From assembly GCA_049599895.1 (NCBI GenBank), contig JBMYPC010000016.1, positions 1 through 32,841 on the forward strand: a DNA stretch of 32,841 bases, given 5' to 3'. This document shows positions 16,634-25,905 of this stretch, one piece after another. This stretch comes from Bacteriovoracaceae bacterium. GTDB taxonomy: Bacteria; Bdellovibrionota; Bacteriovoracia; Bacteriovoracales; Bacteriovoracaceae. The first letter of the stretch is position 1, and each line of letters opens with the position of its first letter. The position numbers were made by a program, and so were the translations under genes. The notes beneath the pieces are model-generated. The model did no database searches. It had not been told where the DNA came from and saw only the letters and a program-made list of their open reading frames with translations.

Positions 16634-17956
16634 ATGAATATTATGATGCTGAGCCCCTATTTAATTATCAAAAAAAAGCGCGATGGACACAAACTCAGTG
16701 AGTCTGAAATTCAATGTATAGTTGACTACATCTCTTCAGAAGAGATCCATGATTCTCAACTTGGGGCCTTTCTTATGGCGACCTTTCTGATGGGAATGGA
16801 TAAGGATGAAACCTTTTGGTTAACTCGAGCAATGATGGAATCAGGTCAGGTCTTCAAGTTTGATGGATCTGATTATGTCGATAAACATTCTACTGGTGGC
16901 ATCGGCGATAAGACTTCTTTTATCCTCGGTCCGATTGCGGCAAGTTGTGGAGTCAAGGTTCCTATGATTGCAGGACGAGGTTTAGGCCATACAGGTGGAA
17001 CCGTTGATAAAATCGAATGTATCCCTGGCTTTCAAACATCAAGAACTCCCGAACAATTTAAGGAGCAGCTTGAAGATATCGGAATCGTTCTGATCGGACA
17101 AACGGGAGATATCGCTCCCGCTGACAAAAAGCTTTATTCTTTAAGAGACGTTACTGCGACAATTGATTCGATCCCCCTTATTACCGGATCAATTATGAGT
17201 AAAAAGCTTGCAGAGGGTGCCAATGGCTATGTCTTTGACATTAAAGTCGGCAATGGCGCCTTTATGACAAACTTAACAGAAGCGAAAAAACTTGCCCGCT
17301 CACTGATTAGCACCGCTAAAAAGTTTGACCGTAAAGCGGCTGCTTATCTTACCGACATGAACCAGCCTCTAGGATTTGAAATTGGTAATGCTCTCGAAAT
17401 AAAAGAATCAATTGATGTCTTAAAAGGTAAAGGACCTAAAGACCTCTCAGATCTTTCTATTGAGTTCGCTGCTGCGATGATCCACATTGCCGGCAAAGCA
17501 AAGTCTTTAACCTCTGCAAGAAAACTTGCAAAAGCCTCAATTAAAAATGGCAAGGCCTTTGAGAAGTTTCGCGAACTAATCGCTTATCAAGGTGGGAAAC
17601 TGGATCCTATTGATGATCCCAGTAAGCTTAAGATCGCGACCGAAAAGACAATGGTTTATCCTGAAAGCAAAAGTTATCTGAAGTCTGTGGCGACTACGAG
17701 TCTTGGCAATTATCTCATAGAGCTAAAAGGTGGGAGGAAAGTCCCTGGGGAAACACTTGATCTCTCCACAGGGATTACGTTTTTGAAGAAAGCTGGTGAT
17801 AGCTTGAACCCTAAAGATCCCATGGCCATCATTCACCATCATAAAGACCAACAAGATCTTGCGGATGACATTGCAAGACGAATTAAAACGGAAACTCTAA
17901 AGTTTTCTAAACAAAAAACTAAGAAGTTAGAACTCATAAAACATGTTATTGATTAA
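16634..17956 (+). CDS. pdp: Pyrimidine-nucleoside / thymidine phosphorylase
   Basis: KKRDG, DKHSTGGIGDK, GRGLGHTGGT, APADKKLY..RD and SIMSKK motifs. Confidence 0.95.
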   Translation: MNIMMLSPYLIIKKKRDGHKLSESEIQCIVDYISSEEIHDSQLGAFLMATFLMGMDKDETFWLTRAMMESGQVFKFDGSDYVDKHSTGGIGDKTSFILGPIAASCGVKVPMIAGRGLGHTGGTVDKIECIPGFQTSRTPEQFKEQLEDIGIVLIGQTGDIAPADKKLYSLRDVTATIDSIPLITGSIMSKKLAEGANGYVFDIKVGNGAFMTNLTEAKKLARSLISTAKKFDRKAAAYLTDMNQPLGFEIGNALEIKESIDVLKGKGPKDLSDLSIEFAAAMIHIAGKAKSLTSARKLAKASIKNGKAFEKFRELIAYQGGKLDPIDDPSKLKIATEKTMVYPESKSYLKSVATTSLGNYLIELKGGRKVPGETLDLSTGITFLKKAGDSLNPKDPMAIIHHHKDQQDLADDIARRIKTETLKFSKQKTKKLELIKHVID

Positions 17957-17979
17957 TCGCAATCATTGCGGAGGAAAAG

Positions 17980-18795
17980 ATGTACGATAAAATTGGTGAA
18001 TCAGCACAAGCGATCCAAAATAGTAAACCTTCACACCCAAAAGTGGGAATTGTTCTAGGATCAGGGCTCGGGGCTTTTGTTGATCGAATTGAATCACCAA
18101 CAATCATTCCTTATAAAGACATCCCTCATTTCCATGACACAACTGTTGAAGGACATGAAGGCCGATTGATTCTCGGAAAAATTGGAGACACAGAAGTTAT
18201 TATTCAACAAGGAAGACTCCATGCTTATGAAGGTCATCCAATGGAAGAAGTGGTTCTTCCTGTAAGAGTAATGGCCACATTAGGAATCGAATCTCTTATT
18301 CTCACCAATGCTTCGGGTGGAATCAATCTCGATTACTCGGCTGGAAACCTTGTTTGTATCAGAGATCACATTAACTTAATGGGAAGAAATCCCTTAGTTG
18401 GTCCAAACAACAATGAAAAAGGTCCTCGCTTTCCTGATATGACGAGTGCCTATGCTCCAGAACTTAGAGAACTTATTCTTAATTCTGCAAAAAACCATTC
18501 TATTGATGTTAAAGAAGGTGTTTACGCCGGAGTCTTAGGTCCAACTTACGAAACACCTGCTGAAATCCATATGCTGAGAACAATTGGAGCTGACATGGTG
18601 GGAATGAGTACTGTTCCTGAATGTATTGCTGCAAACCATCTGGGTGTAAAAGTCGCCGGAATTTCTTGTGTGACCAATATGGCCGCTGGTATTGAAGCCG
18701 AAAAACTTGATCACGCTGACATTAAAGAGCAGGCCCTCAAGGTAATGGACAATTTTAGCCAGCTTTTATTGGATGTTGTAACCGCAATTAAATGA
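17980..18795 (+). CDS. punA: Purine-nucleoside phosphorylase, trimeric PNP I type
   Basis: VLGSGLG, GRLHAYEG, TNASGG, GPRFPDM, GPTYETPAE, GMSTVPE and TNMAAG motifs. Confidence 0.95.
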   Translation: MYDKIGESAQAIQNSKPSHPKVGIVLGSGLGAFVDRIESPTIIPYKDIPHFHDTTVEGHEGRLILGKIGDTEVIIQQGRLHAYEGHPMEEVVLPVRVMATLGIESLILTNASGGINLDYSAGNLVCIRDHINLMGRNPLVGPNNNEKGPRFPDMTSAYAPELRELILNSAKNHSIDVKEGVYAGVLGPTYETPAEIHMLRTIGADMVGMSTVPECIAANHLGVKVAGISCVTNMAAGIEAEKLDHADIKEQALKVMDNFSQLLLDVVTAIK

Positions 18796-18897
18796 CAGAA
18801 CTAACACTTTAGTTGAATAGGAAAATATTTTTTGCCTTTCCCAAAAACCTAAAAGCCAGTTAAGATTAAACTTAAGATAAATAAATATCTCGAGCGA

Positions 18898-20232
18898 ATG
18901 TTCGGAAAAAAGACCATGACAAAAGAATCTCTTAGCGACCAAATTAAAAATCTTAAATTTTGTGTTTTTGACCTCGAAACCACTGGTGGAAATCAACAGA
19001 ATGACAAAGTCATTGAAATCGGCTTAGTCAATATCGAAGGCTTAGAAGTTGTTGATAAAAAACATTTTCTCATCAATCCGCAAATTAAAATTCCAGATTT
19101 CATTCAAAAGTTGACCTCTATTTCTCAGGACGATGTTAAAGACGCTCCTTTAATAGAAGAAGTTGTTGATGAAATTGTTGAGTTTATGGGAGACAAGGTT
19201 CTTGTGGCCCACAACACCTCTTTTGATGTGCCATTTTTCAATTCGGTTCTTGCAAGACTAGGCAAGCCTCAACTCGAAAACCGAAGTCTTTGCACGAACC
19301 TTATGACTCGTTATCTGATTCCCAATCTTCTCAATAGTAACCTAAACTATATGAGTAAGGTCTTTGGAATCAAACATAATAAGGCCCATCGTGCTCTCGA
19401 TGATGCTCTTGCCGCAGCAGAACTTCTTCTTAATTACATCAATATTTTTATCCACAAAGATATTAAAAAGATTAATCATCTTTACTATCCACGGAATAAA
19501 TATGAACTCGATCGTCTTCATTTAAGATCAAAAGATGAGTTTGAAGCTAACAGGGCCAGTATTCAAAAAATCAAGACTCCCTTTCTTCTCACAATTAAAG
19601 GGCATAATGGTGTTATCCTCTATTCTTTTCCTTCTTTAAGCACAAAAGAACAAATTAGCTTTGTGATGGATAAAATTAATTCTTTTGATTGGGAATCTGT
19701 CACCATAAGACTGTTTGGATCGTTCCTCGAATCTTTTATCCAGTTCAACAATCTTTTTAATAAGATGGATATTCAAATGAAAAAGGAAGTCGTCTCTAAA
19801 CTAAGAGGCTTTCATACAAAAGAATATCGACTTCAGGAAGTTTCTGAAGAAATTCTCTCTAAAAGAAAAGTTGGAGATTTTGTCATCGCTCAACATCTTG
19901 TTCCTGAACAGTTTATTATTTTTCCAATAAAGTCACTTCATGCTAAATCGGGATTAATTTTTCGCTATCCAGGACATAAAAAGAAACTTCTTCAATACAT
20001 CCAATCAAGGTCCTCAAAGGGTCATTCGGCAAAAGCAAAGAAGGCCCATTATGCTCCTCAACTAAAAGATCTTATTCAAAATACCATTCGCTACCATTTT
20101 AATAAAAGTGATGAATTCTTTATTTTTGATAAGGATCTCGCTTTAAAAACACCAGAGCATTTCTATAAGCAGTTTGAGATTTTCTCAGCGAAAAATAAAT
20201 ATCATTACAATTATCCCAAAGAATATATTTAA
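18898..20232 (+). CDS. DEDDh 3'-5' exonuclease (DnaQ/PolC-like) with large C-terminal extension
   Basis: VFDLETTG, VAHNTSFD and HRALDDA motifs; start may be 18916. Confidence 0.85.
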   Translation: MFGKKTMTKESLSDQIKNLKFCVFDLETTGGNQQNDKVIEIGLVNIEGLEVVDKKHFLINPQIKIPDFIQKLTSISQDDVKDAPLIEEVVDEIVEFMGDKVLVAHNTSFDVPFFNSVLARLGKPQLENRSLCTNLMTRYLIPNLLNSNLNYMSKVFGIKHNKAHRALDDALAAAELLLNYINIFIHKDIKKINHLYYPRNKYELDRLHLRSKDEFEANRASIQKIKTPFLLTIKGHNGVILYSFPSLSTKEQISFVMDKINSFDWESVTIRLFGSFLESFIQFNNLFNKMDIQMKKEVVSKLRGFHTKEYRLQEVSEEILSKRKVGDFVIAQHLVPEQFIIFPIKSLHAKSGLIFRYPGHKKKLLQYIQSRSSKGHSAKAKKAHYAPQLKDLIQNTIRYHFNKSDEFFIFDKDLALKTPEHFYKQFEIFSAKNKYHYNYPKEYI

Positions 20233-20526
20233 CCCCAGAATTGATCCCGCAAGAAGAACTTTTCCAGAGTGAAAAGAATGGACCACTTCATAAGAAAGTG
20301 TACTAAACGTCGTTAGCCCGCCAAGAAGACCGATTCTAAAAAAAGATCGAACCGACTCTGATGTACTTTTAAAATATTCATTTAAGGCAATGATAATAAG
20401 ACTACCTACAACATTGACAATTACAGTGCCAAGAAATGGTTTTGATAAAAATAAAAGTGAAACAAGGTAACGAAGACTTGCTCCTATTCCTCCCCCAAGA
20501 AAGACAAAAAGAACTTGTTTAAGCAT
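20185..20526 (-). CDS. crcB: Fluoride efflux channel Fluc/CrcB
   Basis: GGGIGASLRY, GT..VN..GS and GLLGGLTTFST motifs. Confidence 0.9.
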   Translation of the reverse strand: MLKQVLFVFLGGGIGASLRYLVSLLFLSKPFLGTVIVNVVGSLIIIALNEYFKSTSESVRSFFRIGLLGGLTTFSTLSYEVVHSFHSGKVLLAGSILGLNIFFGIIVMIFIFR

Positions 20527-22003
20527 AAAGAGTCATCCTATCGCCTTTAAAATCAAACTTTAATCTTTGCGAATTTAAAAGATATCGAAAAAGGCTTGAA
20601 TCTCCAATTTCAAGGTCAAACTGTTCAAGACCTTGGTATTCAAAAATTAAATTCTGCTCTTCAAGCTTAGCTTTCAACTCAAGACCATGAGTTTTAATAC
20701 CTTCATTAATGAGATCTCTTCGGGAAGCTTTTGTGAGAATCTCACTAAGAATTAAATAAAAGATAATAACCATAACCGCGTGGTTAACATTGTGAATTGA
20801 TGATTGCGGTCCTTCGATTCGAACACTAAGGTGAAGACCATCATTAATCATCCTCGGTCTCAAAAGCTCTAAGGCCTTTTCAATACCATTTTCAATGTTC
20901 ACGTCTTCTTTTGATTGAATGTTCTTTTTTACAAAGCCAAGAAAAAGTTCAACCAAATCTCGACAACGATTCATGGAATCTTTCATCTCTTTAAGAAGTT
21001 CTACTTCATCAGCAGCAAAGCTTTCAAGGATCTCAAGAACTTGAATAGAGTTTAAAATTCCACCAATGGGATTATTGAGTTCATGGGCAATAGAGCTACA
21101 GACAATTCCAAGTTCTTCGTTAGAGCTTTCCATCATTGAGTCGTATTGATCTTTCGTTAATCTTTCAAGAGTCAGGAGTTGTTCTTTGAAATTGCTCTTC
21201 TCATAGCGTTTAAAAAGATAATAAAACCCACTTAGCTTGATCACCTGCTCATTTTGAAGAGTTTCAAGTTCTGACAAAGGAATTGAGAGTTGATTAAAAT
21301 AAAGATTTGAATAGATTAAATTTTTATGATCTTCAACGATGCAGCAAGCGATTTCTTGAAATTCCTCCGGAAGCTCAAACTTTTTTGGATGATTCTTTTG
21401 ATCATTGATAAGACACCACCAAAGATAGCTGATTGCTTTCACTTCTCTTGAATGGTTTTCTTTGTGCTCAAAAACTCTTTTTTCTTTTACAGAAGGAAAG
21501 TGAAGTCTCTGTGTGTTTAAGCTTTCACTCAATTTTAGACTTGAAAACTCTCCCGAAAAAGCGTTCTCATTGAGATGAAGGTTGCTACTTGTATTCGTTG
21601 GCCCCATGAGTTTTGAAAACTCCTCAAGAATCAGTTTTGAGAAAGAATCATCATTTCTTAAAGAATCAAAAAAAACTTCAAGGTCATCTTTATAATTAAA
21701 CTCTAATTGATTCAACAACCAAGTGTTGACTTGCTCGCGACTGAGCCAGAATTCAATTTCATGGGCTATTGCTTCGAGATTTTTACTATCTAAGACATCG
21801 ACTTTAATATAATCAACATCAAACTTTGAAAGGTTTACTTTTCTTAAGTCTAAAATAACAAAGAGCTTCTGAGAGTTTTCTTCTTTAATCAATTTTTCAA
21901 TTTCATAATCACAGCAAAAAATTAAACAAGAGTTTGTGGAAAAAGATCCAACTTTCTCTTTTAATGATCTCGGTGAATTGAGTAAAAAAGCTTCCGTTTG
22001 CAT
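20519..22003 (-). CDS. Cytoplasmic HisKA-domain protein with degenerate ATP-binding domain
   Basis: H-box SIAHELNNPIGG; no recognisable N, G1, F or G2 boxes; no N-terminal TM helices. Confidence 0.7.
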   Translation of the reverse strand: MQTEAFLLNSPRSLKEKVGSFSTNSCLIFCCDYEIEKLIKEENSQKLFVILDLRKVNLSKFDVDYIKVDVLDSKNLEAIAHEIEFWLSREQVNTWLLNQLEFNYKDDLEVFFDSLRNDDSFSKLILEEFSKLMGPTNTSSNLHLNENAFSGEFSSLKLSESLNTQRLHFPSVKEKRVFEHKENHSREVKAISYLWWCLINDQKNHPKKFELPEEFQEIACCIVEDHKNLIYSNLYFNQLSIPLSELETLQNEQVIKLSGFYYLFKRYEKSNFKEQLLTLERLTKDQYDSMMESSNEELGIVCSSIAHELNNPIGGILNSIQVLEILESFAADEVELLKEMKDSMNRCRDLVELFLGFVKKNIQSKEDVNIENGIEKALELLRPRMINDGLHLSVRIEGPQSSIHNVNHAVMVIIFYLILSEILTKASRRDLINEGIKTHGLELKAKLEEQNLIFEYQGLEQFDLEIGDSSLFRYLLNSQRLKFDFKGDRMTLYA

Positions 22004-22008
22004 ATTGA

Positions 22009-23271
22009 TTAAGATTTTCTCACATTTGCTGTTCCATCATGAAAATGGATTTCAAAGTTCTCTTCAGGGCATCTCTCAAACTCCGAAAATGAAGGAACGA
22101 CATCATCATCTTGAGATAAAAAACAGTATCCTCTCTCAAGCACATTTTTAGGAGAGAGGGCCTTAATATTGACTTCAATTTGTCCTAAAGATTTATCAAG
22201 ACCTTCAAGGTTTTGTTTCATGCCGTTTACTAATCTTTCACCTAACTCATCAACCTCTATTTCTTTCTCCGAAAGGTCAATGGCATTTTCGAGATTGAGT
22301 CCCTTAAAACGTTGAATGAGAAGACTAATCTCACCTTTCATTTTTTCAACACCAATTTTCGGGTTTAAACGGTTCAGCTTTTCACGAATGGGAGAAAGTC
22401 TTTTTAAAGGCCAATGATTAAAATATGATTGAAAAACTTGAAGCTCTTTTTTAAGAAGAACTTGAGCTTTAGTAAGATCTTCTGCTGCAGCACTTGGAGT
22501 CTCAAGCCTTTTGTCAGCGACATAATCAAGAATCGTATAATCTCTTTCATGACCAATAGCCGAAACGATTGGCACAGGGCTATTGAAAACATCATAGGCT
22601 AAACCTTCGTCATTAAAAGCGCAAAGGTCTTCAATACTTCCCCCACCACGAGTCATCACGATCACATCAATCGGTTTATGATTTTGATGATATTTAAGAG
22701 TTTCAAGCAATGCCTTTCTTAAACTTTTGGGAGCTTCTTTTCCCTGAACCACCGCTGGAACAATGATCAAATTCATCCAAAGGCACCTTCTTGAATAGAC
22801 TTCAATAAAATCTTTAACAGCAGCTCCATGCTCAGAGGTAATAACGGCAATTCGATCAGCGTAGGGAGGGATTGCTTTTTTAGCTTCAAGAGAAAAAAGT
22901 CCTTCTTTTTGAAGCCGCTCCTTTAAGATTTCATATTGGGCCATGAGGGCCCCACTCCCCTTTGCCTTGATCACTCGGCAAACAAGCTGGAAGGTGCCCT
23001 TTTTGTTATAGACTGAAAGTCCACCAGAGCAGAAGATCTCATCACCATCTTTGATTTTTTTGACTTCCGGATTTCTAAGTGCATCTGACTTAAAAATCAC
23101 ACAAGAAATTGATGAGTTTTGATCAGAGAGATTAAAGTATATATGTCCGGCCATCGAAGGTCTTAAGTTTGAGACCTCCCCAATAACTGAGACTCTTTGA
23201 AACTGAGATTCAAGCTTTAACTTTATAGCAGAGACAACTTCTGAAACGCTTGAAACAGTTGCTGCTGACAT
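22009..23271 (-). CDS. xseA: Exodeoxyribonuclease VII large subunit
   Basis: GEVSN..GHIYFNL.D OB fold, RGGGSIEDL, SAIGHERD, TPSAAAE and LERGY motifs. Confidence 0.96.
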   Translation of the reverse strand: MSAATVSSVSEVVSAIKLKLESQFQRVSVIGEVSNLRPSMAGHIYFNLSDQNSSISCVIFKSDALRNPEVKKIKDGDEIFCSGGLSVYNKKGTFQLVCRVIKAKGSGALMAQYEILKERLQKEGLFSLEAKKAIPPYADRIAVITSEHGAAVKDFIEVYSRRCLWMNLIIVPAVVQGKEAPKSLRKALLETLKYHQNHKPIDVIVMTRGGGSIEDLCAFNDEGLAYDVFNSPVPIVSAIGHERDYTILDYVADKRLETPSAAAEDLTKAQVLLKKELQVFQSYFNHWPLKRLSPIREKLNRLNPKIGVEKMKGEISLLIQRFKGLNLENAIDLSEKEIEVDELGERLVNGMKQNLEGLDKSLGQIEVNIKALSPKNVLERGYCFLSQDDDVVPSFSEFERCPEENFEIHFHDGTANVRKS

Positions 23272-23274
23272 AAA

Positions 23275-24639
23275 CTACTTTCTTATGATCTTTTGAACAG
23301 TTTTAAATGATTTAATATAGCCAGCGCTTAAATGAACAAGATAATCGCTATGGGGAACAAAGCTTGAACTCACAGACTTAGCTTTTTTAGATTTATTCAT
23401 TTTGAATTCTTTTCTCTTTTGAGCAATTCTTTCTTTTTCTTCTTGAAGTCTTCTCTTTTTCTCTTCTTCAGTTTCAATTGTTGCTGTTAAGTGATTACGA
23501 AGATCTTTTTCTCTGACTTGCCTCTTTTTGGTCTTTTTAGTTTCAAGCCAATCACCTTCAACATCAGTAATTTCAATATCAGGCTTAATACCAATGGCCT
23601 GAATTTTCTTTCCTGAAGGAGTCATATACTGAGCAATCGTCATTTTCACACCAGTTTTGTCATCAATCTTAGCAATGGTTTGAACAGAGCCTTTTCCAAA
23701 AGATGTTTCACCCATAATGATCGCTCGGCTAGTGTCTTGTAATGCTCCTGCAACAATTTCAGAAGCCGAAGCTGAAGAACTGTTGATGAGAACAACCACG
23801 GGAAGCTCTGTCTCTTTATAACCCGTTTTTCTCACATAACGGATATCTTTATTTTTTGGATCTCGACCCTCAGTTGAAACAACGACACCATCTTCAAGAA
23901 AAATCGACGAGACATTAACGGCCTCATCCAATAATCCACCTGGGTTGAATCTTAAATCGAGAATAATCCCTTTGGGCTTTTTCACTTTCTTTCGATGCTT
24001 CTTAATCGCATTAGAAATTTGTTTTGCTGAACCTTTAGAAAACTGAGTGAGTCGAACGTAGATCACATCTTCTTCAACAATATCTGATTTTACAGTTTGA
24101 GTTTTAATAATTTTTCTTTTTAGTGAATACTGCTTAATTCCCTTAACACCATCTCTTAAAACACCGATGACAATTTTCGACCCTGATTTTCCGCGCATTT
24201 TTTTGATGACTTGAGCAAGTGATAAACCAATCATTGATTCATGATTAATTTCGACAATTTTATCACCAGGTTGGATTCCAGCTTTATGAGCAGGAGAATC
24301 CTCAATTGGAGTAATCACAAGAATCACTCCATCTTTTTGAGTTACTTCAATGCCAAGACCACCGAATTGTCCCTCAGTGTCTTCATTCATCTTCTTGAGA
24401 ATTTCTTCATCAAGATAGGCAGAGTGAGGATCAAGGGTATTAAGCATTCCATTAATCGCCCCTTGAATTAGTTTTTGTGTATCCACAGGTCTGTAATATT
24501 GAGATTCAATAAGAAAGAGAACCTTGTTAAACTGTTCGAGTTTCTCAAATCTTGATTTTTTATTTGAGGACTTTTTATCTTCAGCATTAGCAGAAAAACA
24601 AACAAATAGAGCGATTAGTAAAATTCTCGAAATCTTCAC
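23275..24639 (-). CDS. ctpA: Carboxyl-terminal processing protease, S41 family with PDZ domain
   Basis: Signal peptide, LDPHS, FGGLGI, DLRFNPGGLL, SASASEIVAGALQD and FGKGSVQ motifs; GTG start with GAGGAG SD. Confidence 0.93.
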   Translation of the reverse strand: MKISRILLIALFVCFSANAEDKKSSNKKSRFEKLEQFNKVLFLIESQYYRPVDTQKLIQGAINGMLNTLDPHSAYLDEEILKKMNEDTEGQFGGLGIEVTQKDGVILVITPIEDSPAHKAGIQPGDKIVEINHESMIGLSLAQVIKKMRGKSGSKIVIGVLRDGVKGIKQYSLKRKIIKTQTVKSDIVEEDVIYVRLTQFSKGSAKQISNAIKKHRKKVKKPKGIILDLRFNPGGLLDEAVNVSSIFLEDGVVVSTEGRDPKNKDIRYVRKTGYKETELPVVVLINSSSASASEIVAGALQDTSRAIIMGETSFGKGSVQTIAKIDDKTGVKMTIAQYMTPSGKKIQAIGIKPDIEITDVEGDWLETKKTKKRQVREKDLRNHLTATIETEEEKKRRLQEEKERIAQKRKEFKMNKSKKAKSVSSSFVPHSDYLVHLSAGYIKSFKTVQKIIRK

Positions 24640-24707
24640 GGACTTCTCCTCAAACTGAATAAATTAAAAGTGATAACAAACACACTAACTAGTTGTAATT
24701 TGAACAT

Positions 24708-24916
24708 TATATAGTCCTAGAGGTTTAAATTTCAAGTAATCAACTTTGTGAAGACCGGGCGCTAACGCTTCCCCGGTGTGCAAAAAAAGTTGCCACAAGG
24801 CAAGTTTTTGTGCATCCAGCGGACAAATGGTTTTCCGCTTGGTGCTTTAAAGCGTGCCACTGGCACCCTTTACCGCAAACCGGTCTGCGACGCCTAAAAC
24901 CTCCGGTTTTAGTATA
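24708..24916. mobile_element. Small non-autonomous structured insertion element, copy 2
   Basis: Same ends as 12046-12193; TATA at both ends; nested stems AGACCGG/CCGGTCT, ACGCTT/AAGCGT, a 16-bp imperfect hairpin, AGCGGA/TCCGCT and terminal CTAAAACC/GGTTTTAG. Confidence 0.8.
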
Positions 24917-25898
24917 AGAGTCGTCTATCAATCAAATGAATCGTGTTTTGGACAAGATTCTTGTTTCTGACTTCAAAATAGAGACTTCCATTCTCACCAG
25001 GCTTTAGGTTTGTGTAACCGACCAAATCGCTTGCCTCGAGTTCCTCATTTAAGGAAACTCTTGGGAGAAATGGACCAAGAAAAACAGAAATTTTAGAATG
25101 CTTATGTTTCACCATAACAATGTTTCCAAAGCCAGACATACTCCCCACATAAATCACTTTTCCAGGTCTTGAGTTAATGACTTCTGTTCTTCCTTTTATC
25201 TGAAAATAAACACCTTTTTTCTTATGAGTATATTTTGAAAACTGCTTAACAGGAGGTTTAAAAAGTGGACCGAAAACCTTTGATCTTTTTTTCTTTGATA
25301 AGCCCAGTTTCTTTTTTAATCCTTTATGAGACTGAAGCCTTGAACCTAATGACTTTGATTGATTTTGCAGTTTTTCTTCAAGCGCTAAAATTTTTAAATT
25401 CAGTCCTCTCTCAAATTCTGAAAGACCATCAAGCTTGGCTTCAATCATCTCAACATCACCCTGTGAGCGCTTGATTTCTGTTTGAAGATCTTTAAGCTCA
25501 AGAAATTTCTTTTTAAAGTGTTTTCTCATGATCTTTTTTACAAGAAGTCCAGAGGGATCACTTGAAAGTTGTTTTTGTTCAATCAAGACTTTTTTTAATT
25601 TATTATCAAGATCTGATTTAAGCTCTACAGAAGCTGCAGTTAAAAGCTTAAGTTCATCTCGATGAACAGCAAGATCAACTTCAAGTTCATTTTTAGTTTG
25701 CAAAAGATCAAGGAGTTTTTGATTTTGACTCTTAAGTTTCGAACCCATATTTGAAACCTCTGAGCGCATTTTTCGAACTTCAAGAGAGGAAAGATTCACC
25801 TTTTGTCTTAATGTTTTCAGCGTTTCTTTTGATGCATGTACGGGTTGAGCTAAAATGCTCATAAAAAAAAGAAAAAATAAAGGTCTTAAGTTCTTCAT
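24909..25898 (-). CDS. envC: EnvC-like murein hydrolase activator (coiled coil plus degenerate M23/LytM)
   Basis: Signal peptide, long coiled coil, GKVIYVG..GFGNIVMVKH and LYFEVR; zinc ligands absent; follows ftsEX. Confidence 0.7.
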   Translation of the reverse strand: MKNLRPLFFLFFMSILAQPVHASKETLKTLRQKVNLSSLEVRKMRSEVSNMGSKLKSQNQKLLDLLQTKNELEVDLAVHRDELKLLTAASVELKSDLDNKLKKVLIEQKQLSSDPSGLLVKKIMRKHFKKKFLELKDLQTEIKRSQGDVEMIEAKLDGLSEFERGLNLKILALEEKLQNQSKSLGSRLQSHKGLKKKLGLSKKKRSKVFGPLFKPPVKQFSKYTHKKKGVYFQIKGRTEVINSRPGKVIYVGSMSGFGNIVMVKHKHSKISVFLGPFLPRVSLNEELEASDLVGYTNLKPGENGSLYFEVRNKNLVQNTIHLIDRRLLY

Positions 25899-25905
25899 GC
25901 GTCTC

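Noticed and set aside
24860..24877. CTGGCAC inside repeat copy 2 as a sigma54 promoter
   Set aside because: Spacing from GG to GC is wrong, and the motif is part of a hairpin.
12046..24916. Composite transposon or prophage bounded by the two repeat copies
   Set aside because: The intervening genes are housekeeping, no transposase or integrase is present, and each copy has its own TATA boundaries consistent with independent insertion.
24740..24931. 63-aa minus-strand ORF
   Set aside because: Lies almost entirely within the structured repeat, has no SD, and has an atypical composition.
24909..25898. Missing zinc ligands in the M23 domain as a novelty
   Set aside because: This is expected for EnvC-type activators.
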